Shown: positions 1 to 13,686, numbered from the stretch's first letter. The stretch: 64,000 nucleotides of DNA from Eledone cirrhosa (GCA_964016885.1 OZ024742.1:284704001-284768000); one strand, 5' to 3'. Notes: generated from the letters alone by a model not told the origin. Numbers and translations: made by a program.

Positions 1-3000
1 AATAGTCAAACATATTCACTGCAATAGTCAACATATTCACTGCAATAGTCAACATATTCACTGCAATAGTCAACATATTTACTGCAATAGTCAACATATT
101 CACTTCAGTAGTCAACATATTTACTCCAATAGTCAATATATTTACTGCAATATTCAACATATTCACTGCAATAGTCAACATATTTACTGCAATAGTCAAC
201 ATATTCACTTCAATAGTCAACATATTCACTGCAATAGTCAACATATTTACTGCAATAGTCAACATATTCGCTTCAATAGTCAACATATTTACTGCAATAG
301 TCAACATATTCACTGCAATAGTCAACATATTCACTGCAATAGTCAATATATTTACTGCAATAGTCAATATATTCACTGCAATATTCAACATATTTACTGC
401 AATAGTCAATATATTTACTGCAATAGTCAATATATTCACTGCAATAGTCAACATATTTACTCCAATAGTCAACATATTTACTGCAATAGTCAACATATTT
501 ACTGCAATAGTCAAACATATTCACTGCAATAGTCAACATATTTACTGCAATAGTCAATATATTTACTGCAATAGTCAATATATTTACTGCAATAGTCAAC
601 ATATTTACTGCAATAGTCAACATATTTACTGCAATAGTCAACATATTTACTGCAATAGTCAACATATTAGCTTCAATAGTCAACATATTTACTGCAAATA
701 TTCAACATATTCACTGCAATAGTCAACATATTTACTGCAATAGTCAACATATTTACTGCAATAGTCAACATATTTACTGCAATAGTCAACATATTTACTG
801 CAATAGTCAAACATATTCACTGCAATAGTCAACATATTCACTGCAATAGTCAACGTATTTACTGCAATAGTCAACAGATTTACTGCAATAGTCAACATAT
901 TTACTGCAGTAGTCAACATATTTACTGCAATAGTCAACATATTAGCTTCAATAGTAAACATATTTACTGCAATATTCAACATATTCACTGCAATAGTCAA
1001 CATATTTACTGCAATAGTCAACATATTTACTGCAATAGTCAATATATTTACTGCAATAGTCAACATATTTACTGCAAATATTCAACATATTCACTGCAAT
1101 AGTCAACTTATTTACTGCAATAGTCAACATATTTACTGCAATAGTCAATATATTTACTGCAATAGTCAACATATTTACTACAATAGTCAACATATTTACT
1201 GCAATAGTCAAACATATTCACTGCAATAGTCAACATATTCACTGCAATAGTCAACATATTTACTTCACTAGTAAACATATTTACTGCAATAGTCAACATA
1301 TTTACTGCAGTAGTCAACATATTTACTGCAATAGTCAACATATTAGCTTCAATAGTCAACATATTTACTGCAAATATTCAACATATTCACTGCAATAGTC
1401 AACATATTTACTGCAATAGTCAACATATTTACTGCAATAGTCAACATATTTACTGCAATAGTCAACATATTTACTGCAATAGTCAAACATATTCACTGCA
1501 ATAGTCAACATATTCACTGCAATAGTCAACGTATTTACTGCAATAGTCAACAGATTTACTGCAATAGTCAACATATTTACTGCAGTAGTCAACATATTTA
1601 CTGCAATAGTCAACATATTAGCTTCAATAGTAAACATATTTACTGCAATATTCAACATATTCACTGCAATAGTCAACATATTTACTGCAATAGTCAACAT
1701 ATTTACTGCAATAGTCAATATATTTACTGCAATAGTCAACATATTCACTGCAATAATCAACATATTTACTGCAATATTCAACATATTCACTGCAATAGTC
1801 AACATATTTACTGCAATAGTCAATATATTTACTGCAATAGTCAACATATTCATTGCAATAGTCAACATATTTACTGCAATAGTCAACATATTCACTTCAA
1901 TAGTCAACATATTCACTGCAATAGTCAACATATTTACTGCAATAGTCAACATATTCGCTTCAATAGTCAACATATTTACTGCAATAGTCAACATATTCAC
2001 TGCAATAGTCAACATATACACTGCAATAATCAACATATTTACTGCAATAGTCAATATATTTACTGCAATAGTAAACATATTTACTGCAATAGTCAACATA
2101 TTTACTGCAATAGTCAACATATTTAGTGCAATAGGCAACATAATTACTGCAATATTCAACATATTCACTGCAATAGTCAACATATTTACTGCAATAGTTA
2201 ATATATTTACTGCAATAGTCAACATATTTACTGCAATAGTCAACATATTTACTGCAATAGTCAAACAGATTCACTGCAATAGTCAACATATTCACTGCAA
2301 TAGTCAACATATTTACTGCAATAGTCAACATATTTACTGCAATAGTCAACATATTCACTGCAATAGTCAACATATTTACTGCAATAGTCAACATGTTTAC
2401 TGCAATAGTCAATATATTTACTGCATTAGTCAACATTTTTACTGCAATAGTCAACATATTTACTGCAATATTCAACATATTCACTGCAATAGTCAACATG
2501 TTTACTACAATAGTCAACATGTTTACTGCAATAGTCAATATATTTACTGCATTAGTCAACATTTTTACTGCAATAGTCAACATATTTACTGCAATATTCA
2601 ACATATTCACTGCAATAGTCAACATGTTTACTACAATACTCAACATATTTACTGCAATAGTCAATATATTTACTGCAATAGTCAACATATTTACTGCAAT
2701 TGTCAACATATTTACTGCAATATTCAAACATATTCACTGCAATAGTCAACATATTCACTGCAATAGTCAACATATTCACTGCAATAGTCAACATATTTAC
2801 TGCAATAGTCAACATATTCACTTCAATAGTCAACATATTTACTCCAATAGTCAATATATTTACTGCAATATTCAACATATTCACTGCAATAGTCAACATA
2901 TTTACTGCAATAGTCAACATATTTACTGCAATAGTCAACATATTTACTGCAATAGTCAAACAGATTCACTGCAATAGTCAACATATTCACTGCAATAGTC

Positions 3001-6000
3001 AACATATTTACTGCAATAGTCAACATATTTACTGCTATAGTCAACATATTTACTGCAATATTCAACATATTCACTGCAATAGTCAACATGTTTACTACAA
3101 TAGTCAACATGTTTACTGCAATAGTCAATATATTTACTGCATTAGTCAACATTTTTACTGCAATAGTCAACATATTTACTGCAATATTCAACATATTCAC
3201 TGCAATAGTCAACATGTTTACTACAATACTCAACATATTTACTGCAATAGTCAATATATTTACTGCAATAGTCAACATATTTACTGCAATTGTCAACATA
3301 TTTACTGCAATATTCAAACATATTCACTGCAATAGTCAACATATTCACTGCAATAGTCAACATATTCACTGCAATAGTCAACATATTTACTGCAATAGTC
3401 AACATATTCACTTCAATAGTCAACATATTTACTCCAATAGTCAATATATTTACTGCAATATTCAACATATTCACTGCAATAGTCAACATATTTACTGCAA
3501 TAGTCAACATATTCACTTCAATAGTCAACATATTCACTGCAATAGTCAACATATTTACTGCAATAGTCAACATATTCGCTTCAATAGTCAACATATTTAC
3601 TGCAATAGTCAACATATTCACTGCAATAGTCAACATATTCACTGCAATAGTCAATATATTTACTGCAATAGTCAATATATTCACTGCAATAGTCAACATA
3701 TTTACTGCAATAGTCAATATATTTACTGCAATAGTCAATATATTCACTGCAATAGTCAACATATTTACTGCAATAGTCAACATATTTACTGCAATAGTCA
3801 ACATATTTACTGCAATAGTCAAACATATTCACTGCAATAGTCAACATATTTACTGCAATAGTCAATATATTTACTGCAATAGTCAATATATTTACTGCAA
3901 TAGTCAACATATTTACTGCAATAGTCAACATATTTACTGCAATAGTCAACATATTTACTGCAATAGTCAACATATTAGCTTCAATAGTCAACATATTTAC
4001 TGCAAATATTCAACATATTCACTGCAATAGTCAACATATTTACTGCAATAGTCAACATATTTACTGCAATAGTCAACATATTTACTGCAATAGTCAACAT
4101 ATTTACTGCAATAGTCAACATATTTACTGCAATAATCAAACATATTCACTGCAATAGTCAACATATTCACTGCAATAGTCAACATATTTACTGCAATAGT
4201 CAACATATTTACTGCAATAGTCAACATATTTACTGCAGTAGTCAACATATTTACTGCAATAGTCAACATATTAGCTTCAATAGTAAACATATTTACTGCA
4301 ATATTCAACATATTCACTGCAATAGTCAACATATTTACTGCAATAGTCAACATATTTACTGCAATAGTCAATATATTTACTGCAATAGTCAACATATTTA
4401 CTGCAATAGTCAACATATTTACTGCAATAGTCAATATATTTACTGCAATAGTCAACATATTTACTACAATAGTCAACATATTTACTGCAATAGTCAAACA
4501 TATTCACTGCAATAGTCAACATATTCACTGCAATAGTCAACATATTTACTTCAATAGTCAACATATTTACTGCAAGAGTCAACATATTTACTGCAGTAGT
4601 CAACATATTTACTGCAATAGTCAACATATTAGCTTCAATAGTCAACATATTTACTGCAATATTCAACATATTCACTGCAATAGTCAACATATTTACTGCA
4701 ATAGTCAACATATTTACTGCAATAGTCAATATATTTACTGCAATAGTCAACATATTTACTGCAATAGTCAAATATATTCACTGCAATAGTCAACATATTC
4801 ACTGCAATAGTCAACATATTCACTGCAATAGTCTACATATTTACTGCAATAGTCAACATATTAACATCAATAGTAAACATATTTACTGCAATAGTCAATA
4901 TATTTACTGCAATAGTCAACATATTCATTGCAATAGTCAACATATTTACTGCAACAGTCAACATATTCACTTCAATAGTCAACATATTCACTGCAATAGT
5001 CAACATATTTACTGCAATAGTCAACATATTCGCTTCAATAGTCAACATATTTACTGCAATAGTCAACATATTCACTGCAATAGTCAACATATTCACTGCA
5101 ATAGTCAATATATTTACTGCAATAGTCAATATATTCACTGCAATAGTCAACATATTCACTGCAATAGTCAACATATTTACTGCAATAGTCAACATATTCA
5201 CTGCAATAGTCAACATATTTACTGCAATAGTCAACATATTCACTGCAATATTCAACATATTTACTGCAATAGTCAGCATATTCACTGCAATAGTCAACAT
5301 ATTTACTGCAATAGTCAACATGTTTACTGCAATAGACAACATATTCACTGCAATAGTCAACATATTTACTGCAATAGTCAACATATTTACTGCAATACAC
5401 AACATATTTACTGCAATAGACAACATATTTACTGCAATAGTCAACATATTAACTGCAATAGTCAGCATATTCACTGCAATAGTCAATATATTTACTGCAA
5501 TAGTCAACATATTTACTGCAATAGTCAACATAATTACTGCAATAGACAACATATTTACTGCAATAGTCAACATATTTACTGCAATAGTCAATATATTTAC
5601 TGCAATAGTCAACATATTTACTGCAATTGTCAACATATTTACTGCAATAGTCAAACATATTCACTGCAATAGTCAACATATTCACTGCAATAGTCAACAT
5701 ATTTACTGCAATAGTCAACATATTCACTGCAATAGTCAACATATACACTGCAATAATCAACATATTTACTGCAATAGTCAATATATTTACTGCAATAGTA
5801 AACATATTTACTGCAATAGTCAACATATTTACTGCAATAATCAACATATTTACTGCAATAGTCAATATATTTACTGCAATAGTCAACATATTTACTGCAA
5901 TAGTCAACATATTTACTGCAATAGTCAACATATTTAGTGCAATAGGCAACATAATTACTGCAATATTCAACATATTCACTGCAATAGTCAACATATTTAC

Positions 6001-9000
6001 TGCAATAGTCAATATATTTACTGCAATAGTCAACATATTTACTGCAATAGTCAACATATTTACTGCAATAGTCAAACAGATTCACTGCAATAGTCAACAT
6101 ATTCACTGCAATAGTCAACATATTTACTGCAATAGTCAACATATTTACTGCTATAGTCAACATATTTACTGCAATATTCAACATATTCACTGCAATAGTC
6201 AACATGTTTACTACAATATTCAACATATTTACTGCAATAGTCAATATATTTACTGCATTAGTCAACATATTTACTGCAATAGTCAACATATTTACTGCAA
6301 TATTCAACATATTCACTGCAATAGTGAACATGTTTACTACAATAGTCAACATATTTACTGCAATAGTCAAACATATTCACTGCAATAGTCAACATATTCA
6401 CTGCAATAGTCAACATATTCACTGCAATAGTCAACATATTTACTGCAATAGTCAACATATTCACTTCAGTAGTCAACATATTTACTCCAATAGTCAATAT
6501 ATTTACTGCAATATTCAACATATTCACTGCAATAGTCAACATATTTACTGCAATAGTCAACATATTCACTTCAATAGTCAACATATTCACTGCAATAGTC
6601 AACATATTTACTGCAATAGTCAACATATTCGCTTCAATAGTCAACATATTTACTGCAATAGTCAACATATTCACTGCAATAGTCAACATATTCACTGCAA
6701 TAGTCAATATATTTACTGCAATAGTCAATATATTCACTGCAATATTCAACATATTTACTGCAATAGTCAATATATTTACTGCAATAGTCAATATATTCAC
6801 TGCAATAGTCAACATATTTACTCCAATAGTCAACATATTTACTGCAATAGTCAACATATTTACTGCAATAGTCAAACATATTCACTGCAATAGTCAACAT
6901 ATTTACTGCAATAGTCAATATATTTACTGCAATAGTCAATATATTTACTGCAATAGTCAACATATTTACTGCAATAGTCAACATATTTACTGCAATAGTC
7001 AACATATTTACTGCAATAGTCAACATATTAGCTTCAATAGTCAACATATTTACTGCAAATATTCAACATATTCACTGCAATAGTCAACATATTTACTGCA
7101 ATAGTCAACATATTTACTGCAATAGTCAACATATTTACTGCAATAGTCAACATATTTACTGCAATAGTCAAACATATTCACTGCAATAGTCAACATATTC
7201 ACTGCAATAGTCAACGTATTTACTGCAATAGTCAACAGATTTACTGCAATAGTCAACATATTTACTGCAGTAGTCAACATATTTACTGCAATAGTCAACA
7301 TATTAGCTTCAATAGTAAACATATTTACTGCAATATTCAACATATTCACTGCAATAGTCAACATATTTACTGCAATAGTCAACATATTTACTGCAATAGT
7401 CAATATATTTACTGCAATAGTCAACATATTTACTGCAAATATTCAACATATTCACTGCAATAGTCAACTTATTTACTGCAATAGTCAACATATTTACTGC
7501 AATAGTCAATATATTTACTGCAATAGTCAACATATTTACTACAATAGTCAACATATTTACTGCAATAGTCAAACATATTCACTGCAATAGTCAACATATT
7601 CACTGCAATAGTCAACATATTTACTTCACTAGTAAACATATTTACTGCAATAGTCAACATATTTACTGCAGTAGTCAACATATTTACTGCAATAGTCAAC
7701 ATATTAGCTTCAATAGTCAACATATTTACTGCAATATTCAACATATTCACTGCAATAGTCAACATATTTACTGCAATAGTCAACATATTTACTGCAATAG
7801 TCAATATATTTACTGCAATAGTCAACATATTCACTGCAATAATCAACATATTTACTGCAATATTCAACATATTCACTGCAATAGTCAACATATTTACTGC
7901 AATAGTCAATATATTTACTGCAATAGTCAACATATTCATTGCAATAGTCAACATATTTACTGCAATAGTCAACATATTCACTTCAATAGTCAACATATTC
8001 ACTGCAATAGTCAACATATTTACTGCAATAGTCAACATATTCGCTTCAATAGTCAACATATTTACTGCAATAGTCAACATATTCACTGCAATAGTCAACA
8101 TATACACTGCAATAATCAACATATTTACTGCAATAGTCAATATATTTACTGCAATAGTAAACATATTTACTGCAATAGTCAACATATTTACTGCAATAGT
8201 CAACATATTTAGTGCAATAGGCAACATAATTACTGCAATATTCAACATATTCACTGCAATAGTCAACATATTTACTGCAATAGTTAATATATTTACTGCA
8301 ATAGTCAACATATTTACTGCAATAGTCAACATATTTACTGCAATAGTCAAACAGATTCACTGCAATAGTCAACATATTCACTGCAATAGTCAACATATTT
8401 ACTGCAATAGTCAACATATTTACTGCAATAGTCAACATATTCACTGCAATAGTCAACATATTTACTGCAATAGTCAACATGTTTACTGCAATAGTCAATA
8501 TATTTACTGCATTAGTCAACATTTTTACTGCAATAGTCAACATATTTACTGCAATATTCAACATATTCACTGCAATAGTCAACATGTTTACTACAATAGT
8601 CAACATGTTTACTGCAATAGTCAATATATTTACTGCATTAGTCAACATTTTTACTGCAATAGTCAACATATTTACTGCAATATTCAACATATTCACTGCA
8701 ATAGTCAACATGTTTACTACAATACTCAACATATTTACTGCAATAGTCAATATATTTACTGCAATAGTCAACATATTTACTGCAATTGTCAACATATTTA
8801 CTGCAATATTCAAACATATTCACTGCAATAGTCAACATATTCACTGCAATAGTCAACATATTCACTGCAATAGTCAACATATTTACTGCAATAGTCAACA
8901 TATTCACTTCAATAGTCAACATATTTACTCCAATAGTCAATATATTTACTGCAATATTCAACATATTCACTGCAATAGTCAACATATTTACTGCAATAGT

Positions 9001-12000
9001 CAACATATTTACTGCAATAGTCAACATATTTACTGCAATAGTCAAACAGATTCACTGCAATAGTCAACATATTCACTGCAATAGTCAACATATTTACTGC
9101 AATAGTCAACATATTTACTGCTATAGTCAACATATTTACTGCAATATTCAACATATTCACTGCAATAGTCAACATGTTTACTACAATAGTCAACATGTTT
9201 ACTGCAATAGTCAATATATTTACTGCATTAGTCAACATTTTTACTGCAATAGTCAACATATTTACTGCAATATTCAACATATTCACTGCAATAGTCAACA
9301 TGTTTACTACAATACTCAACATATTTACTGCAATAGTCAATATATTTACTGCAATAGTCAACATATTTACTGCAATTGTCAACATATTTACTGCAATATT
9401 CAAACATATTCACTGCAATAGTCAACATATTCACTGCAATAGTCAACATATTCACTGCAATAGTCAACATATTTACTGCAATAGTCAACATATTCACTTC
9501 AATAGTCAACATATTTACTCCAATAGTCAATATATTTACTGCAATATTCAACATATTCACTGCAATAGTCAACATATTTACTGCAATAGTCAACATATTC
9601 ACTTCAATAGTCAACATATTCACTGCAATAGTCAACATATTTACTGCAATAGTCAACATATTCGCTTCAATAGTCAACATATTTACTGCAATAGTCAACA
9701 TATTCACTGCAATAGTCAACATATTCACTGCAATAGTCAATATATTTACTGCAATAGTCAATATATTCACTGCAATAGTCAACATATTTACTGCAATAGT
9801 CAATATATTTACTGCAATAGTCAATATATTCACTGCAATAGTCAACATATTTACTGCAATAGTCAACATATTTACTGCAATAGTCAACATATTTACTGCA
9901 ATAGTCAAACATATTCACTGCAATAGTCAACATATTTACTGCAATAGTCAATATATTTACTGCAATAGTCAATATATTTACTGCAATAGTCAACATATTT
10001 ACTGCAATAGTCAACATATTTACTGCAATAGTCAACATATTTACTGCAATAGTCAACATATTAGCTTCAATAGTCAACATATTTACTGCAAATATTCAAC
10101 ATATTCACTGCAATAGTCAACATATTTACTGCAATAGTCAACATATTTACTGCAATAGTCAACATATTTACTGCAATAGTCAACATATTTACTGCAATAG
10201 TCAACATATTTACTGCAATAATCAAACATATTCACTGCAATAGTCAACATATTCACTGCAATAGTCAACATATTTACTGCAATAGTCAACATATTTACTG
10301 CAATAGTCAACATATTTACTGCAGTAGTCAACATATTTACTGCAATAGTCAACATATTAGCTTCAATAGTAAACATATTTACTGCAATATTCAACATATT
10401 CACTGCAATAGTCAACATATTTACTGCAATAGTCAACATATTTACTGCAATAGTCAATATATTTACTGCAATAGTCAACATATTTACTGCAATAGTCAAC
10501 ATATTTACTGCAATAGTCAATATATTTACTGCAATAGTCAACATATTTACTACAATAGTCAACATATTTACTGCAATAGTCAAACATATTCACTGCAATA
10601 GTCAACATATTCACTGCAATAGTCAACATATTTACTTCAATAGTCAACATATTTACTGCAATAGTCAACATATTTACTGCAGTAGTCAACATATTTACTG
10701 CAATAGTCAACATATTAGCTTCAATAGTCAACATATTTACTGCAATATTCAACATATTCACTGCAATAGTCAACATATTTACTGCAATAGTCAACATATT
10801 TACTGCAATAGTCAATATATTTACTGCAATAGTCAACATATTTACTGCAATAGTCAAACATATTCACTGCAATAGTCAACATATTCACTGCAATAGTCAA
10901 CATATTCACTGCAATAGTCTACATATTTACTGCAATAGTCAACATATTAACATCAATAGTAAACATATTTACTGCAATAGTCAATATATTTACTGCAATA
11001 GTCAACATATTCACTGCAATAGTCAACATATTTACTGCAATATTCAACATATTCACTGCAATAGTCAACATATTTACTGCAATAGTCAATATATTTACTG
11101 CAATAGTCAACATATTCATTGCAATAGTCAACATATTTACTGCAATAGTCAATATATTCACTTCAATAGTCAACATATTCACTGCAATAGTCAACATATT
11201 TACTGCAATAGTCAACATATTCACTGCAATAGTCAACATATTCACTGCAATAGTCAATATATTTACTGCAATAGTCAATATATTCACTGCAATAGTCAAC
11301 ATATTCACTGCAATAGTCAACATATTCACTGCAATAGTCAACATATTTACTGCAATAGTCAACATATTCACTGCAATAGTCAACATATTCACTGCAATAG
11401 TTAACATATTTACTGCAATAGTCAACATATTTACTGCAATAGTCAACATAATTACTGCAATAGACAACATATTTACTGCAATAGTCAACATATTTACTGC
11501 AATAGTCAATATATTTACTGCAATAGTCAACATATTTACTCCAATTGTCAACATATTTACTGCAATAGTCAAACATATTCACTGCAATAGTCAACATATT
11601 CACTGCAATAGTCAACATATTTACTGCAATAGTCAACATATTAACTGCAATAGTGAACATATTTACTGCAATAGTCAACATATTTACTGCAATAGTCAAC
11701 ATATTTACTGCAATAGTCAACATATTTACTGCAATAGTCAACATATTCACTGCAATAGTCAACATATTTACTGCAATAGTCAACATATTCACTGCAATAG
11801 TCAACATATTTACTGCAATAGTTAACATATTTACTGCAATAATCAACATATTTACTGCAATAGTTAACATAGTCACTGCAATAGTCAACATATTTACTGC
11901 AATAGTCAACATATTTACTGCAATAGTCAACATATTTACTGCAATAGTTAACATAGTCACTGCAATAGTCAACATATTTACTGCAATAGTCAACATAGTC

Positions 12001-12150
12001 ACTGCAATAGTCAACATATTTACTGCAATAGACAACATATTTACTGCAATAATCAACATATTTATTGTAATAGTCAACATATTTACTGCAATAGTCAACA
12101 TAGTCACTGCAATAGTCAACATATTTACTGCAATAGTTAATATATTCACT
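1..12150. repeat. 21-bp tandem minisatellite, consensus AATAGTCAACATATT(T/C)ACTGC, ~580 monomers, continues beyond the window start
   Basis: Uninterrupted head-to-tail 21-mers with point variants and occasional 22-bp monomers (GTCAAACAT, TGCAAATATTC). Ends abruptly at ...tatattcact|atatgtagag (~12150). The 7-aa periodic ORFs (MLTIAVN, YVDYCSK, IFTAIVN, HIYCNSQ) mirror the period. Confidence 0.98.
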
Positions 12151-12370
12151 ATATGTAGAGTTTGCACCCTCCAATTTTTGTTCTCTTCTTTTTTGTTAAT
12201 ATAAACAACTGAATATGAAATTTTAACTCAATACAATAGTCTTTCAATACTGAGCCAAACGTAGAATCAACATAGAATCAACAAAATCTCCCCTGCCTTT
12301 TCTCTCACTCACCCAAAAAACTTAGTGGTCAATATAAGAGCGGGCACCTGGGTATGTAGAATAGACCTTC

Positions 12371-12474
12371 ATCAGTTTCGACGATGGGAGTTCTAGTTGT
12401 TCGATCAATGGAACAGTCAACTCATAAAATGAACATGTAGGTGACTGAAAATTTCCCCTTTGTATTACAGGTAC
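12371..12474. mobile_element. Possible degraded SINE-like interspersed repeat fragment
   Basis: CAGTTTCGACGATGGGAGTTCTAGTTGTTCGATCAATGGAACAG...CCCTTTGTATTACAGGTAC resembles, from memory only, an abundant octopus short interspersed repeat. Needs a Dfam/RepBase search. Confidence 0.35.
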
Positions 12475-12530
12475 AGTCAATCCAATGAGCTTCTAAACAG
12501 TTTTTTGTGTACCAAATTGTACTCACAAAA

Positions 12531-12538
12531 TACACACG

Positions 12539-12569
<31 letters not shown>

Positions 12570-12584
12570 GTGTGTGTGTGTAAG

Positions 12585-12657
<73 letters not shown>

Positions 12658-12720
12658 TTATACATACATATATGCATACATATATACATGCATACATATA
12701 TACATACATACATACAACCA
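12531..12720. repeat. Compound microsatellite (CA)n-(TA)n-(TG)n-(TA)~31-(TACA)n
   Basis: Directly visible; the long pure TA run is ~12589-12650. Confidence 0.95.
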
Positions 12721-12844
12721 CATAGACATACATACGTATTTACCTAGTTGATGTCTAAATTCCAATGAAAGAGTCTTGTTCCTATGTTAGAAACCGACAC
12801 CCTCTCTATTGGTGAAATTTTTAAAAATAATAAAACCTGAAGAA

Positions 12845-12910
12845 CATACCTACATACATACACCTATACATACATGCATAAATACATACATACATACATA
12901 TAGAGAGAGA
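12845..12910. repeat. Degenerate (TACA)n followed by short (GA)n
   Basis: catacctacatacatacacctatacatacatgcataaatacatacatacatacatatagagagaga. Confidence 0.8.
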
Positions 12911-13055
12911 TAGTGAAAGTGGAATAATCCCCTGTTATTTTAGCTTGATGCGTTATTACAGTCGACAGCATGCAGGAATCCAAAACAAAGGTGTATTCCG
13001 AAGGGTTAAGATGCTGGTAGTTCAGGACAGTGAGAGCCGCAGAACATAAATAATC

Positions 13056-13396
13056 AATACAAAAGGAAAACTAAGGTTGTTATTCAAATTCCATCTTTAA
13101 TTTCTACAATTGTTTCTATGGAGATAAATGCAGCGCCAGTATACAGAATCAGTTAATTAATCATTTCAACAATTTAATGGCACTCATGTAACATTGAGCT
13201 ACATAAAACATCCGGAATAAATAAAAGCAAGCCTTTGAAAAGCGAACAGAACACGTGAGAAATATGGAGCAAGTGATTTGTGTAACAAGAGAATAGTATA
13301 TTAATATAGCATCATATTAATATACTATTTTCATTGAAACAATTGTAGAAATTAAAGATGGAATTTGAATAACATTCTTGATTTTCCTTTTGTATT
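13056..13396. mobile_element. ~340-bp element bounded by ~65-bp inverted repeats (39-bp perfect core); inverted pair of Penelope-like pLTR ends or a MITE
   Basis: 13078-13116 (TGTTATTCAAATTCCATCTTTAATTTCTACAATTGTTTC) is the exact reverse complement of 13336-13374. Similarity extends outward to AATACAAAAGGAAAA / TTTTCCTTTTGTATT. Each arm carries GAAA-CAATTG-TA, the 3' half of a minimal hammerhead. Confidence 0.7.
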
Positions 13397-13400
13397 AAAT

Positions 13401-13455
13401 ATGTATATATATATATAAATATATATACATATATATATAGATATATTTTTTTTTC

Positions 13456-13488
<33 letters not shown>
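13401..13488. repeat. Interrupted (TA)n microsatellite
   Basis: Directly visible TA runs split by a short poly-T. Confidence 0.9.
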
Positions 13489-13579
13489 CAAATCAACCTT
13501 CTCAAATCAACCTTCTCAAATGCAAGTAGATGTTGTTACGGTATGTCGAATCTATTTATCTATAAAACTGTTTATATTG

Positions 13580-13645
13580 TATTTTGTCTGAGGAAGGCAT
13601 AGCATATTGTTAATATGATATCCCTGAAATATATATAATGAAATA
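13580..13645 (+). ncRNA. Putative minimal type I hammerhead ribozyme (Penelope-like pLTR type)
   Basis: Stem I TATTTTGT (13580-87) / ATGAAATA (13638-45), 8 bp with 2 G-U pairs; core CTGAGGA (13588-94); stem II AGGCATAGCATATT-gtt-AATATGATATCCCT, 12/14 pairs (13595-13625); GAAA (13626-29); palindromic stem III TATATA (13630-35); U16.1 and H17 = TA (13636-37), giving an AUA triplet. Stem I can extend through TATAAAAC (13561-68) / GTTTTATA (13652-59). Confidence 0.72.
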
Positions 13646-13682
13646 GATATGGTTTTATAAATATAGTTTCCATTTATTTAAT

Positions 13683-13686
<4 letters not shown>

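Noticed and set aside
1-12150. CRISPR array interpretation of the 21-bp repeat
   Set aside because: Monomers are directly head-to-tail with no unique spacers, there are no cas genes, and the context is eukaryotic.
1-12204. Dozens of ORFs with 7-aa periodicity (MLTIAVN, YVDYCSK, IFTAIVN, HIYCNSQ)
   Set aside because: The 21-bp monomer is stop-free in 4 of 6 frames. ORFs overlap on both strands and switch phase at each 22-bp monomer, so there is no coding signal.
12762-12812. CCAATGAAAGAG...CTCTCTATTGG hairpin, possibly part of a short interspersed repeat
   Set aside because: Short imperfect stem in AT-rich DNA; family identity cannot be supported without a search.
12262-13521. Small tandem duplications TAGAATCAACA x2 (12262-12283) and TCAAATCAACCTTC x2.4 (13488-13521)
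   Set aside because: Ordinary slippage products with no evidence of function.
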